A stretch of DNA of 64,000 nt from the NCBI GenBank assembly GCA_964291405.2, contig OZ219926.1:2720001-2784000 (forward strand), given 5' to 3'. The translations under genes were made by a program, and so were the position numbers. The DNA comes from Thermodesulfobacteriota bacterium (GTDB lineage: Bacteria; Desulfobacterota; Binatia; Bin18). Positions 50,620-59,674 of the stretch are shown here, one piece after another (positions within the stretch are counted from its first letter, which is position 1; each line of letters starts with the position of its first letter). The notes under the pieces are model-generated. The model did not search any database. It was not told where the DNA came from and was given only the letters and a program-made list of their open reading frames with translations.

Positions 50620-51642
50620 ATGACAACGCAGGTAAAAACAGCATCAGTCCTGGCGTTCGAGCGGAAACTGGCGAACTCCGACGGCCTGATGTACTCAGGC
50701 AAATGGGAGAATCGAGACAATGCGGAATCCTGGTCGCCACTGACGGTCCACGAGAAAGCAGTACGGGGTACTATCTCAAACCGCCCGAAGACCAAAGGCG
50801 ATTCAGACCCTTTGAAACTGAACGAGAAAATCGAGAACCCGAATCCCCAGACGGTCGATGTGGCCATGCTGCCGCACGATCACGACACGGTGATACTCGC
50901 GTTTACGCTTCGAGTGCTCTCAGACCTGGATGTCCCATCTGCGTGTAATGACGCGGACTACCAAGAGGCGTTGGGGACAACGATCAATACCTATATCGCC
51001 AAGCACGGTTTTGCCGAATTGTCTCAGCGCTATGCCACGAATATAGCCAATGGGCGCTTCCTGTGGCGGAATCGTGTCGGCGCTGAAACCGTTACGGTAC
51101 GTGTGACCCGGTATCAGGGGCAGGAAGTCGTAGCCAGATGGGACTTTGAGAGCGGCCGTATATCCTTGCGGGATTTCGGTACTACGGACGTGGACGTGTC
51201 TGCACTCGCAGCCGCTATTGAAGCCGGTCTGAAAGGGGAGGCGTTTACGTTTCTCAAGATAGAAGGCTTTGCCCGTCTCGGCGAGGGACAGGAGGTGTTT
51301 CCCTCTCAGGAACTCATTTTAGACCGAGACAATGCCGGGAAGAGCAAAACGCTCTATGAAATTGGGGGTGTGGCGGGATTGCATTCTCAAAAAATCGGCA
51401 ACGCGCTGAGAACAATAGACACCTGGTATCCCGAAGCAGACCAATTTGGCCCCATATCGGTTGAACCGTTTGGCTCCGTCACCAATCGTGGCAAGGCATA
51501 CCGCCAGCCCAAAGACAAGCTGGATTTCTATACCCTCCTCGATAATTGGGTCTTAAAAGGAAAGACCCCCGAAGTGGAACAGCAACATTACGTTATGGCC
51601 GTGTTGGTTCGGGGCGGTGTTTTTGGAGAAAAGTCAGAGTGA
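50620..51642 (+). CDS. csy3: Type I-F Cas7f (Csy3)
   Basis: [57 protein letters not shown]. Confidence 0.96.
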   Translation: MTTQVKTASVLAFERKLANSDGLMYSGKWENRDNAESWSPLTVHEKAVRGTISNRPKTKGDSDPLKLNEKIENPNPQTVDVAMLPHDHDTVILAFTLRVLSDLDVPSACNDADYQEALGTTINTYIAKHGFAELSQRYATNIANGRFLWRNRVGAETVTVRVTRYQGQEVVARWDFESGRISLRDFGTTDVDVSALAAAIEAGLKGEAFTFLKIEGFARLGEGQEVFPSQELILDRDNAGKSKTLYEIGGVAGLHSQKIGNALRTIDTWYPEADQFGPISVEPFGSVTNRGKAYRQPKDKLDFYTLLDNWVLKGKTPEVEQQHYVMAVLVRGGVFGEKSE

Positions 51643-51651
51643 GGTAGGAGC

Positions 51652-52203
51652 ATGGACCATTACGTTGATATCCAGGTGCTTCCCGACCCGGAGTTTCTGG
51701 AGACCACGCTCATGAATGAACTGTTCTCCAAATTGCACCGGGCGCTGGGGAAACACGGGCAGGGCAAAATAGGAGTGAGTTTTCCCAAGCACGGCAAAAC
51801 CCTTGGACCGCGAATTCGTCTACATGGCAGCAAAGGGGCGCTTGAGGAATTCATGCAAACGCAGTGGATAGCGGGCATGACGGATTATTGTCGTGTCAGC
51901 GCTGTTTGCCCTGTCCCCCCTCAGACTTCATTCTGTACGGTCAGGCGAGTCCAAGCGAAGAGTGCATACAACAAACGGAACCGCTCGGTGGCGAAGGGCT
52001 GGTTGGATGAATCTGAAGCGCAGAAGCGTATTCCCGATTCTCAACAGAGAATGCTTGATCTGCCATACGCTCAACTCCGCAGTTTATCGAATGGAAATAT
52101 GATGCGCGTTTATATTGAGCATAGTAAGCCGATCCAACAATCCGTCGCAGGGTCATTTTCCGCCTATGGTCTCAGCAGCACTGCTACCGTCCCCTGGTTT
52201 TGA
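51652..52203 (+). CDS. cas6f: Type I-F Cas6f (Csy4) endoribonuclease
   Basis: MDHYVDI..PDPEF, KLHRAL, GVSFP, FSAYGLS..ATVPWF. Confidence 0.96.
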   Translation: MDHYVDIQVLPDPEFLETTLMNELFSKLHRALGKHGQGKIGVSFPKHGKTLGPRIRLHGSKGALEEFMQTQWIAGMTDYCRVSAVCPVPPQTSFCTVRRVQAKSAYNKRNRSVAKGWLDESEAQKRIPDSQQRMLDLPYAQLRSLSNGNMMRVYIEHSKPIQQSVAGSFSAYGLSSTATVPWF

Positions 52204-52332
52204 CCCTTTTTTCCTGGTTATCCATAACCCTTTGATTTACTTGTATATTTTTTAGGGGTTCGTATTAAGGTAAAGTCGTCACGTTTTACCCGAACTCCTT
52301 GAGAATCAAAGGCTTACACATCTGTGTCTTCA
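52204..52332 (+). promoter_or_regulatory. AT-rich CRISPR leader with two IHF-consensus sites
   Basis: WATCAANNNNTTR matches at 52304-52316 (+) and 52225-52237 (-). Confidence 0.8.
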
Positions 52333-53861
52333 GTTCACTGCCGTACAGGCAGCTAAGAAATACACGCTTGATCTCTTTGCCGGTGATTCTGCGTTCACTG
52401 CCGTACAGGCAGCTAAGAAAAGCTAGAGCTAGACGTACAACTGTTGAACCCCGTTCACTGCCGTACAGGCAGCTAAGAAAACCCAGATATGCCGGGCTGT
52501 GGGGTGTGCTGGGTTCACTGCCGTACAGGCAGCTAAGAAAACCCTGGATTCCGTAGCGGCGGGAGACATGGTGTTCACTGCCGTACAGGCAGCTAAGAAA
52601 AGTTGCCTGGCATTTTTGCCGGGGCAGACTATGTTCACTGCCGTACAGGCAGCTAAGAAAACCGTGGAGTGCCGCGCCGTGACCCTGACCGTGTTCACTG
52701 CCGTACAGGCAGCTAAGAAAGCCATATGGTAACCCAGAAGCTGGCCGATGCCGTTCACTGCCGTACAGGCAGCTAAGAAAAGCTTGATCCTCACCGTTCC
52801 CCCTGTCTTAACGTTCACTGCCGTACAGGCAGCTAAGAAAAAATCGTCGGGGACGTAGCGCCTGGACCAAGTGTTCACTGCCGTACAGGCAGCTAAGAAA
52901 TGAAAGCTGCTCAACTCCTGAACCTCCCGACCGTTCACTGCCGTACAGGCAGCTAAGAAATATCGTTGATTGGTGATTCAATGGTCGATTTTGTTCACTG
53001 CCGTACAGGCAGCTAAGAAAAAGCGGAATTCCCAGATGGCCGAGGCGATACGGGTTCACTGCCGTACAGGCAGCTAAGAAAGCTCAGCCTAGAGGAGGAA
53101 GAGCCGATGAAAGGTTCACTGCCGTACAGGCAGCTAAGAAAACCAGCGGCTGACGAAACCCGAACTGCTGGATGTTCACTGCCGTACAGGCAGCTAAGAA
53201 ATTCGCGAAGTCATGTCGAACGACCTGGAGGGCGTTCACTGCCGTACAGGCAGCTAAGAAATATTGGGGGTCGCCATACTTCTATTTATGTTCGTTCACT
53301 GCCGTACAGGCAGCTAAGAAAACCGGGCTTGTCGTGCAGAACGAGGCCGGGACGTTCACTGCCGTACAGGCAGCTAAGAAATCCTCTGCTGTTGGGCATC
53401 CACTATGGATATTGTTCACTGCCGTACAGGCAGCTAAGAAAGTCTGCCTCTGATTACCCGCATTCGGCACTCAGTTCACTGCCGTACAGGCAGCTAAGAA
53501 AAACAAAAGCGAGCAAGACGACACGATGCACACGTTCACTGCCGTACAGGCAGCTAAGAAATATCGACTGGCGCGGCGGGTCAACCAGCTCGTGTTCACT
53601 GCCGTACAGGCAGCTAAGAAAAAGAGCATCAAGTCGGTCCGCTATCCAGTCGCGTTCACTGCCGTACAGGCAGCTAAGAAATTGATGTCGCCGAAGACCG
53701 TAGAGTACTGTCCGTTCACTGCCGTACAGGCAGCTAAGAAAAACGCGACTACGCCCGCAGCGAGCACGGCAAGGTTCACTGCCGTACAGGCAGCTAAGAA
53801 AAGCGAAAGCAGGTGGTTGAGCGCTGTATTGAAGTTCACTGCCGTACAGGCAGCTAAGAAA
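52333..53861 (+). CRISPR. Type I-F CRISPR array: 26 identical 28-bp repeats, 25 spacers (24 x 32 bp, 1 x 33 bp)
   Basis: GTTCACTGCCGTACAGGCAGCTAAGAAA at 60-bp period. Confidence 0.99.
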
Positions 53862-53905
53862 CTGGAAAATCAAGGACTTATCCAAGAAACCCTGGTGCCC
53901 GGTTT

Positions 53906-53984
53906 GTCACCCCTGTGAAAACAGGGACAGGAATCCAGGCTATCCGCCTACGTCCTCTGGATGCCGGATCACGTCCGACATGAC
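53906..53984 (+). repeat. REP/BIME-like composite palindrome (GTCA...GAATCCAG/CTGGAT...TGAC family)
   Basis: Inverted homolog of 55491-55586. Confidence 0.7.
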
Positions 53985-54038
53985 GAGAGCGGAGCGGCAG
54001 GGCGACAGCTTGGCGTGAAATGCTCTTATTGAGCGAAA

Positions 54039-54075
54039 GAAGCACCGGCCTTAACGAGCCGGTGAGGACTGAAAC
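54039..54075 (+). CRISPR. Orphan 37-bp CRISPR-like repeat of a non-I-F family
   Basis: GAAGCACCGGCCTTAACGAGCCGGTGAGGACTGAAAC: CACCGGC/GCCGGTG hairpin and ...TGAAAC end; single copy. Confidence 0.65.
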
Positions 54076-54139
54076 GCCAAATCAAAAGCCCGTTGCTCTT
54101 CGCCTTGACGAAGGTTCAGGAATGAGAAAAAACTAGACC

Positions 54140-54433
54140 ATGACCGAGTTTGAGACAGCGACGATTGCTTTCCAGAACGCTTCCCTGTGGGCAGCCTCTA
54201 TTCAGGCCGGGATAGCGGGCCTGGTAGGACTGGTGCAATGCGCCTTGATTTTTTACGGCTTAAAGCTGATGCAGCGGAGCAATACCGACCGACAACGCCA
54301 AATGGACCTCGCCGAGAAGCGGCATGAGGAAAGCCTGTCGGCCTTACAGACCCAGACGGGCCTTGCCGAGAAGCGGCATGAGGAAAGCCTGCTCACATTA
54401 CGGACACTGATTGAACGGACCGCACCTCGGTGA
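54140..54433 (+). CDS. Small hypothetical membrane protein with internal 18-aa-period duplication
   Basis: One hydrophobic segment; LAEKRHEESL twice (27 identical bp at 54311 and 54365). Confidence 0.6.
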   Translation: MTEFETATIAFQNASLWAASIQAGIAGLVGLVQCALIFYGLKLMQRSNTDRQRQMDLAEKRHEESLSALQTQTGLAEKRHEESLLTLRTLIERTAPR

Positions 54434-54571
54434 CGCGCCCCTCCAAAAAAAGGAACGTCACGAAATGTGCCTAGGCCCCCATCCGACCTTGTCACTATCT
54501 GGGCTGAATGGTAGGGTTCCCCTCGATTTTACGGCTCATCCCTCGACTGGAACATATTCAGGAGTACATAC

Positions 54572-55450
54572 ATGCCCGAACAGCAAACAGACATTTCAGC
54601 CCAACGCGTGACCTATCGCGTCGAAGAAGAACTCACCATTATCGGCGACGCCTGGGGAGACACCGGCAATCCGCCCGTCCTGCTCCTGCACGGCGGCGGC
54701 CAAACGCGCTTTGCCTGGGGAAATACGGCCCGGACCCTGGCCGAGCACGGCTGGTATGCAGTGTCCCTGGACCTGCGTGGGCATGGAGAGAGCGGCTGGG
54801 CTCCGGACGGCAATTACAATATCGAGAAGTTTTCTGCGGACCTCCACGTCGTGCTGGGTCATTTTGACCAACGGCCGGTTCTGGTCGGGGCCTCCCTGGG
54901 CGGCATTACCTCAATGCTGACCGAAGGGGAAGCGCCGCAGCCGGTGAGTGCCGGTGTGGTCCTGGTTGATGTCACGCCGCGGGTGGAGCAGAAGGGCGTG
55001 GACCGCATTCGAGCCTTTATGACCGCCCGACCCGACGGCTTTGAGAGTCTGGAAGAAGTCGCCGATACCATCGCCGCCTATATTCCCCACCGTCCCCGTC
55101 CAAAGGATGTGAGCGGGCTGGCCAAAAACCTGCGTAAGGGAGAGGACGGCCGCTACCGCTGGCACTGGGACCCGGACCTCATGAACCCGGCCCGCTTTCG
55201 GCGCGACCCCGAACGGCTCATGGCCGCGGCCCGCGGGCTGCGGCGAGTGCCGACCCTGCTGGTCCGAGGGAAACTCAGCGATGTGATCAGCGACGAAACG
55301 ACCCAGGAATTTCTCGATGCCGTGCCGCATGCCAAATATATCGATGTGTCTGATGCCGGCCATATGGTCGCCGGGGATAAGAACGACATCTTCAGCCAGG
55401 CGGTCATCGAATTCCTGGCCGATATCAAGACAACCGCGCCGGCCGCTTAG
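54572..55450 (+). CDS. Alpha/beta hydrolase
   Basis: LHGGGQT, DLRGHGES, GASLGG, WHWDP, AGHMVAGD. Confidence 0.9.
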   Translation: MPEQQTDISAQRVTYRVEEELTIIGDAWGDTGNPPVLLLHGGGQTRFAWGNTARTLAEHGWYAVSLDLRGHGESGWAPDGNYNIEKFSADLHVVLGHFDQRPVLVGASLGGITSMLTEGEAPQPVSAGVVLVDVTPRVEQKGVDRIRAFMTARPDGFESLEEVADTIAAYIPHRPRPKDVSGLAKNLRKGEDGRYRWHWDPDLMNPARFRRDPERLMAAARGLRRVPTLLVRGKLSDVISDETTQEFLDAVPHAKYIDVSDAGHMVAGDKNDIFSQAVIEFLADIKTTAPAA

Positions 55451-55490
55451 GGCGTTTTCGGGTGGTCTCTCGCCGTTCTCTTGCGTTTTC

Positions 55491-55586
55491 GTCATGCCGG
55501 ACGTGATCCGGCATCCAGTCCTCCGACTTCGCCTTGCTACGCTCAGGACGAACAGGGGGCTGGATTCCTGCCTTCGCAGGAATGAC
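55491..55586 (-). repeat. REP/BIME-like composite palindrome
   Basis: GTCATGCCGGACGTGATCCGGCATCCAG...CTGGATTCCTGCCTTCGCAGGAATGAC. Confidence 0.75.
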
Positions 55587-55808
55587 GGGTGGCCACACAG
55601 AAGCGTCGTTTGCTCTGGTCAGGAGCGTTGAGACAGCCGGCCCTACTGCTCCCGGCCCGTGGTGTAAAACTCGTCGTTGGGTCGTATCGTCAGATGAGCC
55701 ATGCGAGGGGACATCCCAGGGCTCGCCAAAAAATCTTGGCTTTCGCAATGGAGCCAGCTAGGCTAGGGGCCTGCTTGCGATCTGTTGTGGGACAAAAGGA
55801 GGGCCATT

Positions 55809-56231
55809 ATGGAAAACAAGCCGGAAAAAACAGCCCTGCAAGACGATTACTCCTACCGGGCGGTCGATGCCTATAACACCCGGATGTACCTCCTGCCATC
55901 GCTTGCTGACCCCGAGCGCCGCGCCGCGCTGATTGCCGAGCACCGCGCCCGTCCGCTGTATGAGGCCGCTCAGCCCGGCAAACCCGCTCCCATGGACAGC
56001 CCGGAGCTGGCCCGTTTGCTGGACCGCCTGCGCGTTGTCCCCCAGCAGGACAAACATGTCATTGTCGAAACGCGCCCCTGGGAGGAATATCGTATTGGTG
56101 TTTTGCCTGGTGTCCGAGGCAAGGCGATTCATATAACGGACGAAGCCTATCCCACTCGTGAAGACGCCGAGCATGCGATTTTCCTCAAACGCCTCAACGC
56201 CTTACTCGACGCCTACGGGATTACAGACTAA
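55809..56231 (+). CDS. N,N-dimethylformamidase small subunit-like protein
   Basis: LIAEHR, SPELARLL, RPWEEYRI, RG, DAEHAIFLKR; directly upstream of the large subunit. Confidence 0.75.
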   Translation: MENKPEKTALQDDYSYRAVDAYNTRMYLLPSLADPERRAALIAEHRARPLYEAAQPGKPAPMDSPELARLLDRLRVVPQQDKHVIVETRPWEEYRIGVLPGVRGKAIHITDEAYPTREDAEHAIFLKRLNALLDAYGITD

Positions 56232-56255
56232 GCCGCGGTTTGTAAGGAGAGACGT

Positions 56256-58631
56256 ATGACGACACTGGGGATTACCGGCTATAGCGACCGTATTTCCGTG
56301 CAGCCCGGGCAGACTATTCAATTCCATGTGCACTCCGAACGCAACGAAGCCTATCGGGCCGATATTGTCCGGCTCATCCATGGCGACACCGATCCTGACG
56401 GTCCCGGCTATAAGGAAGAAGAAATTGTAACCTCAGTAAGCGGTGAGTATCCGGGGCGTCATCAAGCCGTCCACGCCGGCTCGTATATTTGCGTCCCATA
56501 CGATGCACGGTTCGATATCGGCAGTTTCACCCTGATGGCCCTTGTTTTTCCCACGACGCCCACCAAGGGGGTGCAGGGTATTATCACGAAATGGTCCGGA
56601 CCGGAGGAGACGGGCTACGGTCTGTTTATTGATGAGCAGGGTGAGTTGGCCGTGCGGATAGGTCGGGGAAAGGGTGTGGTCGAACAGTTGTCCTCGGGTA
56701 AACCGCTGTTCCGTAAGGTGTGGTATCTGGTGGCGGCAAGCTTTGACGCGGCCAGCGGTCATATGACCCTGGTGCAAGAACCGATTGTGACCAGTACCAA
56801 CACGGGGCACGGGATGCGTTTTATCCATCCCATTGAAGAAACCCGTGCCGCAGTCGAGCGGCTCGGCTCTCCCCAGGTCCCCGCCCCGAATGACTGTCCG
56901 GTGCTGATTGCCGCGGCAACCACCCAGGCACATTCAGGCCGATATATTTGTGGCGGGCATTTCAGCCATGTGCACTCGCCCATCGAGATTCCGGAGCACG
57001 AAGCCAAGTTCAACGGACGGATAGAACGCCCGGCTATCGCCAATCGCGTGCTCAACCGGGCGGAAATCGAACGCGTCCTGCAAGGTCCCCGGCCCCTCCC
57101 GACCGAGCTGCGTCCGGTACTGGTTGCGGCCTGGGATTTTGCGGCCAATATCGTTCCAAACGCGGCCTCCACCCAGGTGCTGGATGATTCCTTGCATCGC
57201 CTGCACGGTCACTGCATCAACATGCCGTCACGCGGCATGCCCGGTCACAACTGGACTGCGGATCATATGAGTTTTTCTGCCGCGCCCCAGGAGTACGGTG
57301 CGATTCATTTTCATGACGACGCCGTAGACGACGCGCGCTGGGAGGTTGATTTTTCCCTGACCGTTCCCGAAGACCTGAAAAGCGGAGTGTACGCCGCCCG
57401 ACTGCGTTTGGGCGGGCGGGACGCGCCCGGTAGTGAAGACTACATCCCGTTCATTGTTCGTCCCCCGACAGGCAGACCCACCGCCAAAATCGCGGTTATT
57501 ATTCCCACGGCCAGCTATATGGCCTATGCCAACGAAAATCTCAGTGCGGACTCACAGGTCGCCCAACTCCTGACCGGTCGCGTGCCGCTGATGCAGCCCG
57601 GAGATCTCTTGCTCCAGGAAAAGGATGGCTACGGCTACGGCACCTACACCGTTCATAGTGACGGCTGGGGGGTGCATATCTCCTCGCGTCTGCGGCCCAT
57701 TCTCAATATGCGGCCTAAATACACGCATGTGCTGTCGCCGTCGGTCTGGCAACTGAACGCCGACCTGCATCTGACCGACTGGCTTGAAGCCATGGCGTTC
57801 GACTTTGATGTGCACACGGATGAAGACCTGCAACGCGAAGGGGTCGAACTGCTCAAGCAGTACCGCGTCGTACTGACCTGTCATCATCCCGAATACTGCT
57901 CGGAAGAAATGCTGGACGCCTACGAAGCCTACCAACAGCAAGGCGGTCGCTGGCTGTATCTGGCGGCCAACGGTTTTTACTGGTGTACGGTGTTTCACCC
58001 CGACAATCCCGCTCTCATCGAGGTGCGCAAAGGCGACAACGGTACGCGGGCCTGGACCATCAGCCCAGGGGAGTATTGCAACGCCTTTGACGGAAAACAC
58101 GGTGGCCTGTGGCGGGTGCGAGGCCGGAATATGAGTAAGCTGACCGGCGTAAGTTTTACCTCGTTCGGTCTGACGGCCTCAAGCTATTACCGCCGAGCCC
58201 CGGACAGCTTCCGGCAGGAATGTGCCTGGATGTTTGCAGGCATCGGCGAAGACGAGCCGATTGGAAATTTCGGTCTGGTCGGAGGTGGAGCCGCCGGGCT
58301 GGAGCTCGACCGCTACGACCTGGAACTCGGGACGCCCCACAATGCCTTTCTGCTCGCCCACTCCGAGGGCCATAACGATATTTTCGTGACAGTCTCAGAG
58401 GAATCGACGTTCAACGCGCGCGGCTATTTTGCGGCCGGTGGCACCGGCGACCAGAATCCCTATATCCGGGCGGACATTGTCTACTTCAAGACGCCGAATA
58501 ACGGGGCGGTGTTCTCGGCCAGCTCCATGGCCTGGTGTGGCAGCCTCTCACACAACAACTACGACAATAATGTGTCGCGTCTGACTGCCAATGTCATTCG
58601 CGGCTTTCTCCAGGATGGGCCGTTGCCGTGA
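56256..58631 (+). CDS. N,N-dimethylformamidase large subunit family
   Basis: GYSDRISVQPG, RLIHGD, LamG-like domain, AIHFHDD, YMAYANE, SRLRPILNMRP, HPEY, ANGFYW, ELDR. Confidence 0.88.
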   Translation: MTTLGITGYSDRISVQPGQTIQFHVHSERNEAYRADIVRLIHGDTDPDGPGYKEEEIVTSVSGEYPGRHQAVHAGSYICVPYDARFDIGSFTLMALVFPTTPTKGVQGIITKWSGPEETGYGLFIDEQGELAVRIGRGKGVVEQLSSGKPLFRKVWYLVAASFDAASGHMTLVQEPIVTSTNTGHGMRFIHPIEETRAAVERLGSPQVPAPNDCPVLIAAATTQAHSGRYICGGHFSHVHSPIEIPEHEAKFNGRIERPAIANRVLNRAEIERVLQGPRPLPTELRPVLVAAWDFAANIVPNAASTQVLDDSLHRLHGHCINMPSRGMPGHNWTADHMSFSAAPQEYGAIHFHDDAVDDARWEVDFSLTVPEDLKSGVYAARLRLGGRDAPGSEDYIPFIVRPPTGRPTAKIAVIIPTASYMAYANENLSADSQVAQLLTGRVPLMQPGDLLLQEKDGYGYGTYTVHSDGWGVHISSRLRPILNMRPKYTHVLSPSVWQLNADLHLTDWLEAMAFDFDVHTDEDLQREGVELLKQYRVVLTCHHPEYCSEEMLDAYEAYQQQGGRWLYLAANGFYWCTVFHPDNPALIEVRKGDNGTRAWTISPGEYCNAFDGKHGGLWRVRGRNMSKLTGVSFTSFGLTASSYYRRAPDSFRQECAWMFAGIGEDEPIGNFGLVGGGAAGLELDRYDLELGTPHNAFLLAHSEGHNDIFVTVSEESTFNARGYFAAGGTGDQNPYIRADIVYFKTPNNGAVFSASSMAWCGSLSHNNYDNNVSRLTANVIRGFLQDGPLP

Positions 58632-58677
58632 GGAAAATATTGCAGAGGGGTACTGGCAAGCCTGTGTCGGTCTTGTA

Positions 58678-58971
58678 TTAAGCGGCATGCTCAACGGCTT
58701 CCTCAAGAAGTTCATGCAGCAAGGTTTGGTACGGTTTTTGTCTCTTTGCCGCCAGTTTCCGTAGTTTGGTCAGCAGTCCGGGATCGAGCCGGATCGCGAT
58801 TAATTGCTTGGAGCGATCTTTCCTGGGCCGACCAACGCGCCGGCCCCGTAACAGCTCGTCATCACTCATCTCCGGAATATCGCTGAAGTCAATTTTGGAG
58901 TCTGGCATATGCCGCACGTTCTTTACGCGACGCTTGGCGTGCGCTGATGATTCGGGTTGTTTCTGTGCCAT
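58678..58971 (-). CDS. BrnA-like/CopG antitoxin, orphan
   Basis: IDFSDIPE, GRP, IAIRLD, PYQTL. Confidence 0.75.
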   Translation of the reverse strand: MAQKQPESSAHAKRRVKNVRHMPDSKIDFSDIPEMSDDELLRGRRVGRPRKDRSKQLIAIRLDPGLLTKLRKLAAKRQKPYQTLLHELLEEAVEHAA

Positions 58972-59095
58972 TTATATATCCCAGGGGAACATATTTCCGT
59001 ATATACAAAAATATAGAGAAAGAAGGACGATTATTCCACCTTCCTCCCAACGAGCACTCTTATTTGCTTGGGAGAAAGACCGATAGAGGCGTGAG

Positions 59096-59674
59096 ATGAA
59101 ACCGCTCACCCGCTGCGCGTGGGCCAAAAACGCACTGGCGATTCAGTACCACGACGAGGAATGGGGCGTACCGGTGCACGACGACCGGACCTTGTTCGAG
59201 TTTCTCATCCTCGAAGGAGCCCAGGCCGGCCTGAGTTGGGACACCATTCTTAGGAAGCGCGTCCACTATCGGACCGTCTTTAACCACTTCGACCCCGTTC
59301 GTGTCGCCCGCTACACCCCGCGCAAAGTTGAGCGGCTGCTGGCCGACCCCGGTATCGTACGAAACCGGCTGAAGGTCGAGTCCGCCATAAAGAACGCGAA
59401 CGCCCTTCTCGCTGTCCAGAAAGAGGCGGGCAGTTTCGATGCCTACATCTGGCAGTTTGTCGGTGGGCGGCCGCATCAGAACACGTGGCGCACCCTGCAA
59501 GAGATCCCGGCGCGCACCGCGCAGTCGGACGCGATGAGCAAGGACCTCAAAAAGCGTGGTTTCTCTTTTGTGGGGTCAACAATCTGTTACGCCTTCATGC
59601 AGGCCACCGGCATGGTCAACGACCACACCACAGACTGTTTTCGGTATGCTGAAGTGGAATCCCTTAGCCCGTAA
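59096..59674 (+). CDS. tag: DNA-3-methyladenine glycosylase I
   Basis: RCAW, YHDEEWG, LEGAQAGLSW, IVRNRLK, FVGSTICYAFMQATGMVNDH. Confidence 0.95.
   Translation: MKPLTRCAWAKNALAIQYHDEEWGVPVHDDRTLFEFLILEGAQAGLSWDTILRKRVHYRTVFNHFDPVRVARYTPRKVERLLADPGIVRNRLKVESAIKNANALLAVQKEAGSFDAYIWQFVGGRPHQNTWRTLQEIPARTAQSDAMSKDLKKRGFSFVGSTICYAFMQATGMVNDHTTDCFRYAEVESLSP

Noticed and set aside
43909-52203. Possible Tn7-associated I-F3 (CAST) system
   Set aside because: Cas1 and an intact Cas2-3 are present, cas8f and cas5f are separate, and no tnsABC/tniQ genes or transposon ends were seen.
52361-53833. Self-targeting spacers within the window
   Set aside because: None noticed by eye; an alignment is needed to exclude them.
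52299-53918. ORFs with SLPYRQLR / FTAVQAAK / FLAACTAVN repeats
   Set aside because: They are translations of the CRISPR array.
54311-54391. 54-bp-period duplication in the small ORF as another copy of the palindromic element
   Set aside because: Same period but no sequence similarity or palindrome; an ordinary intragenic duplication.
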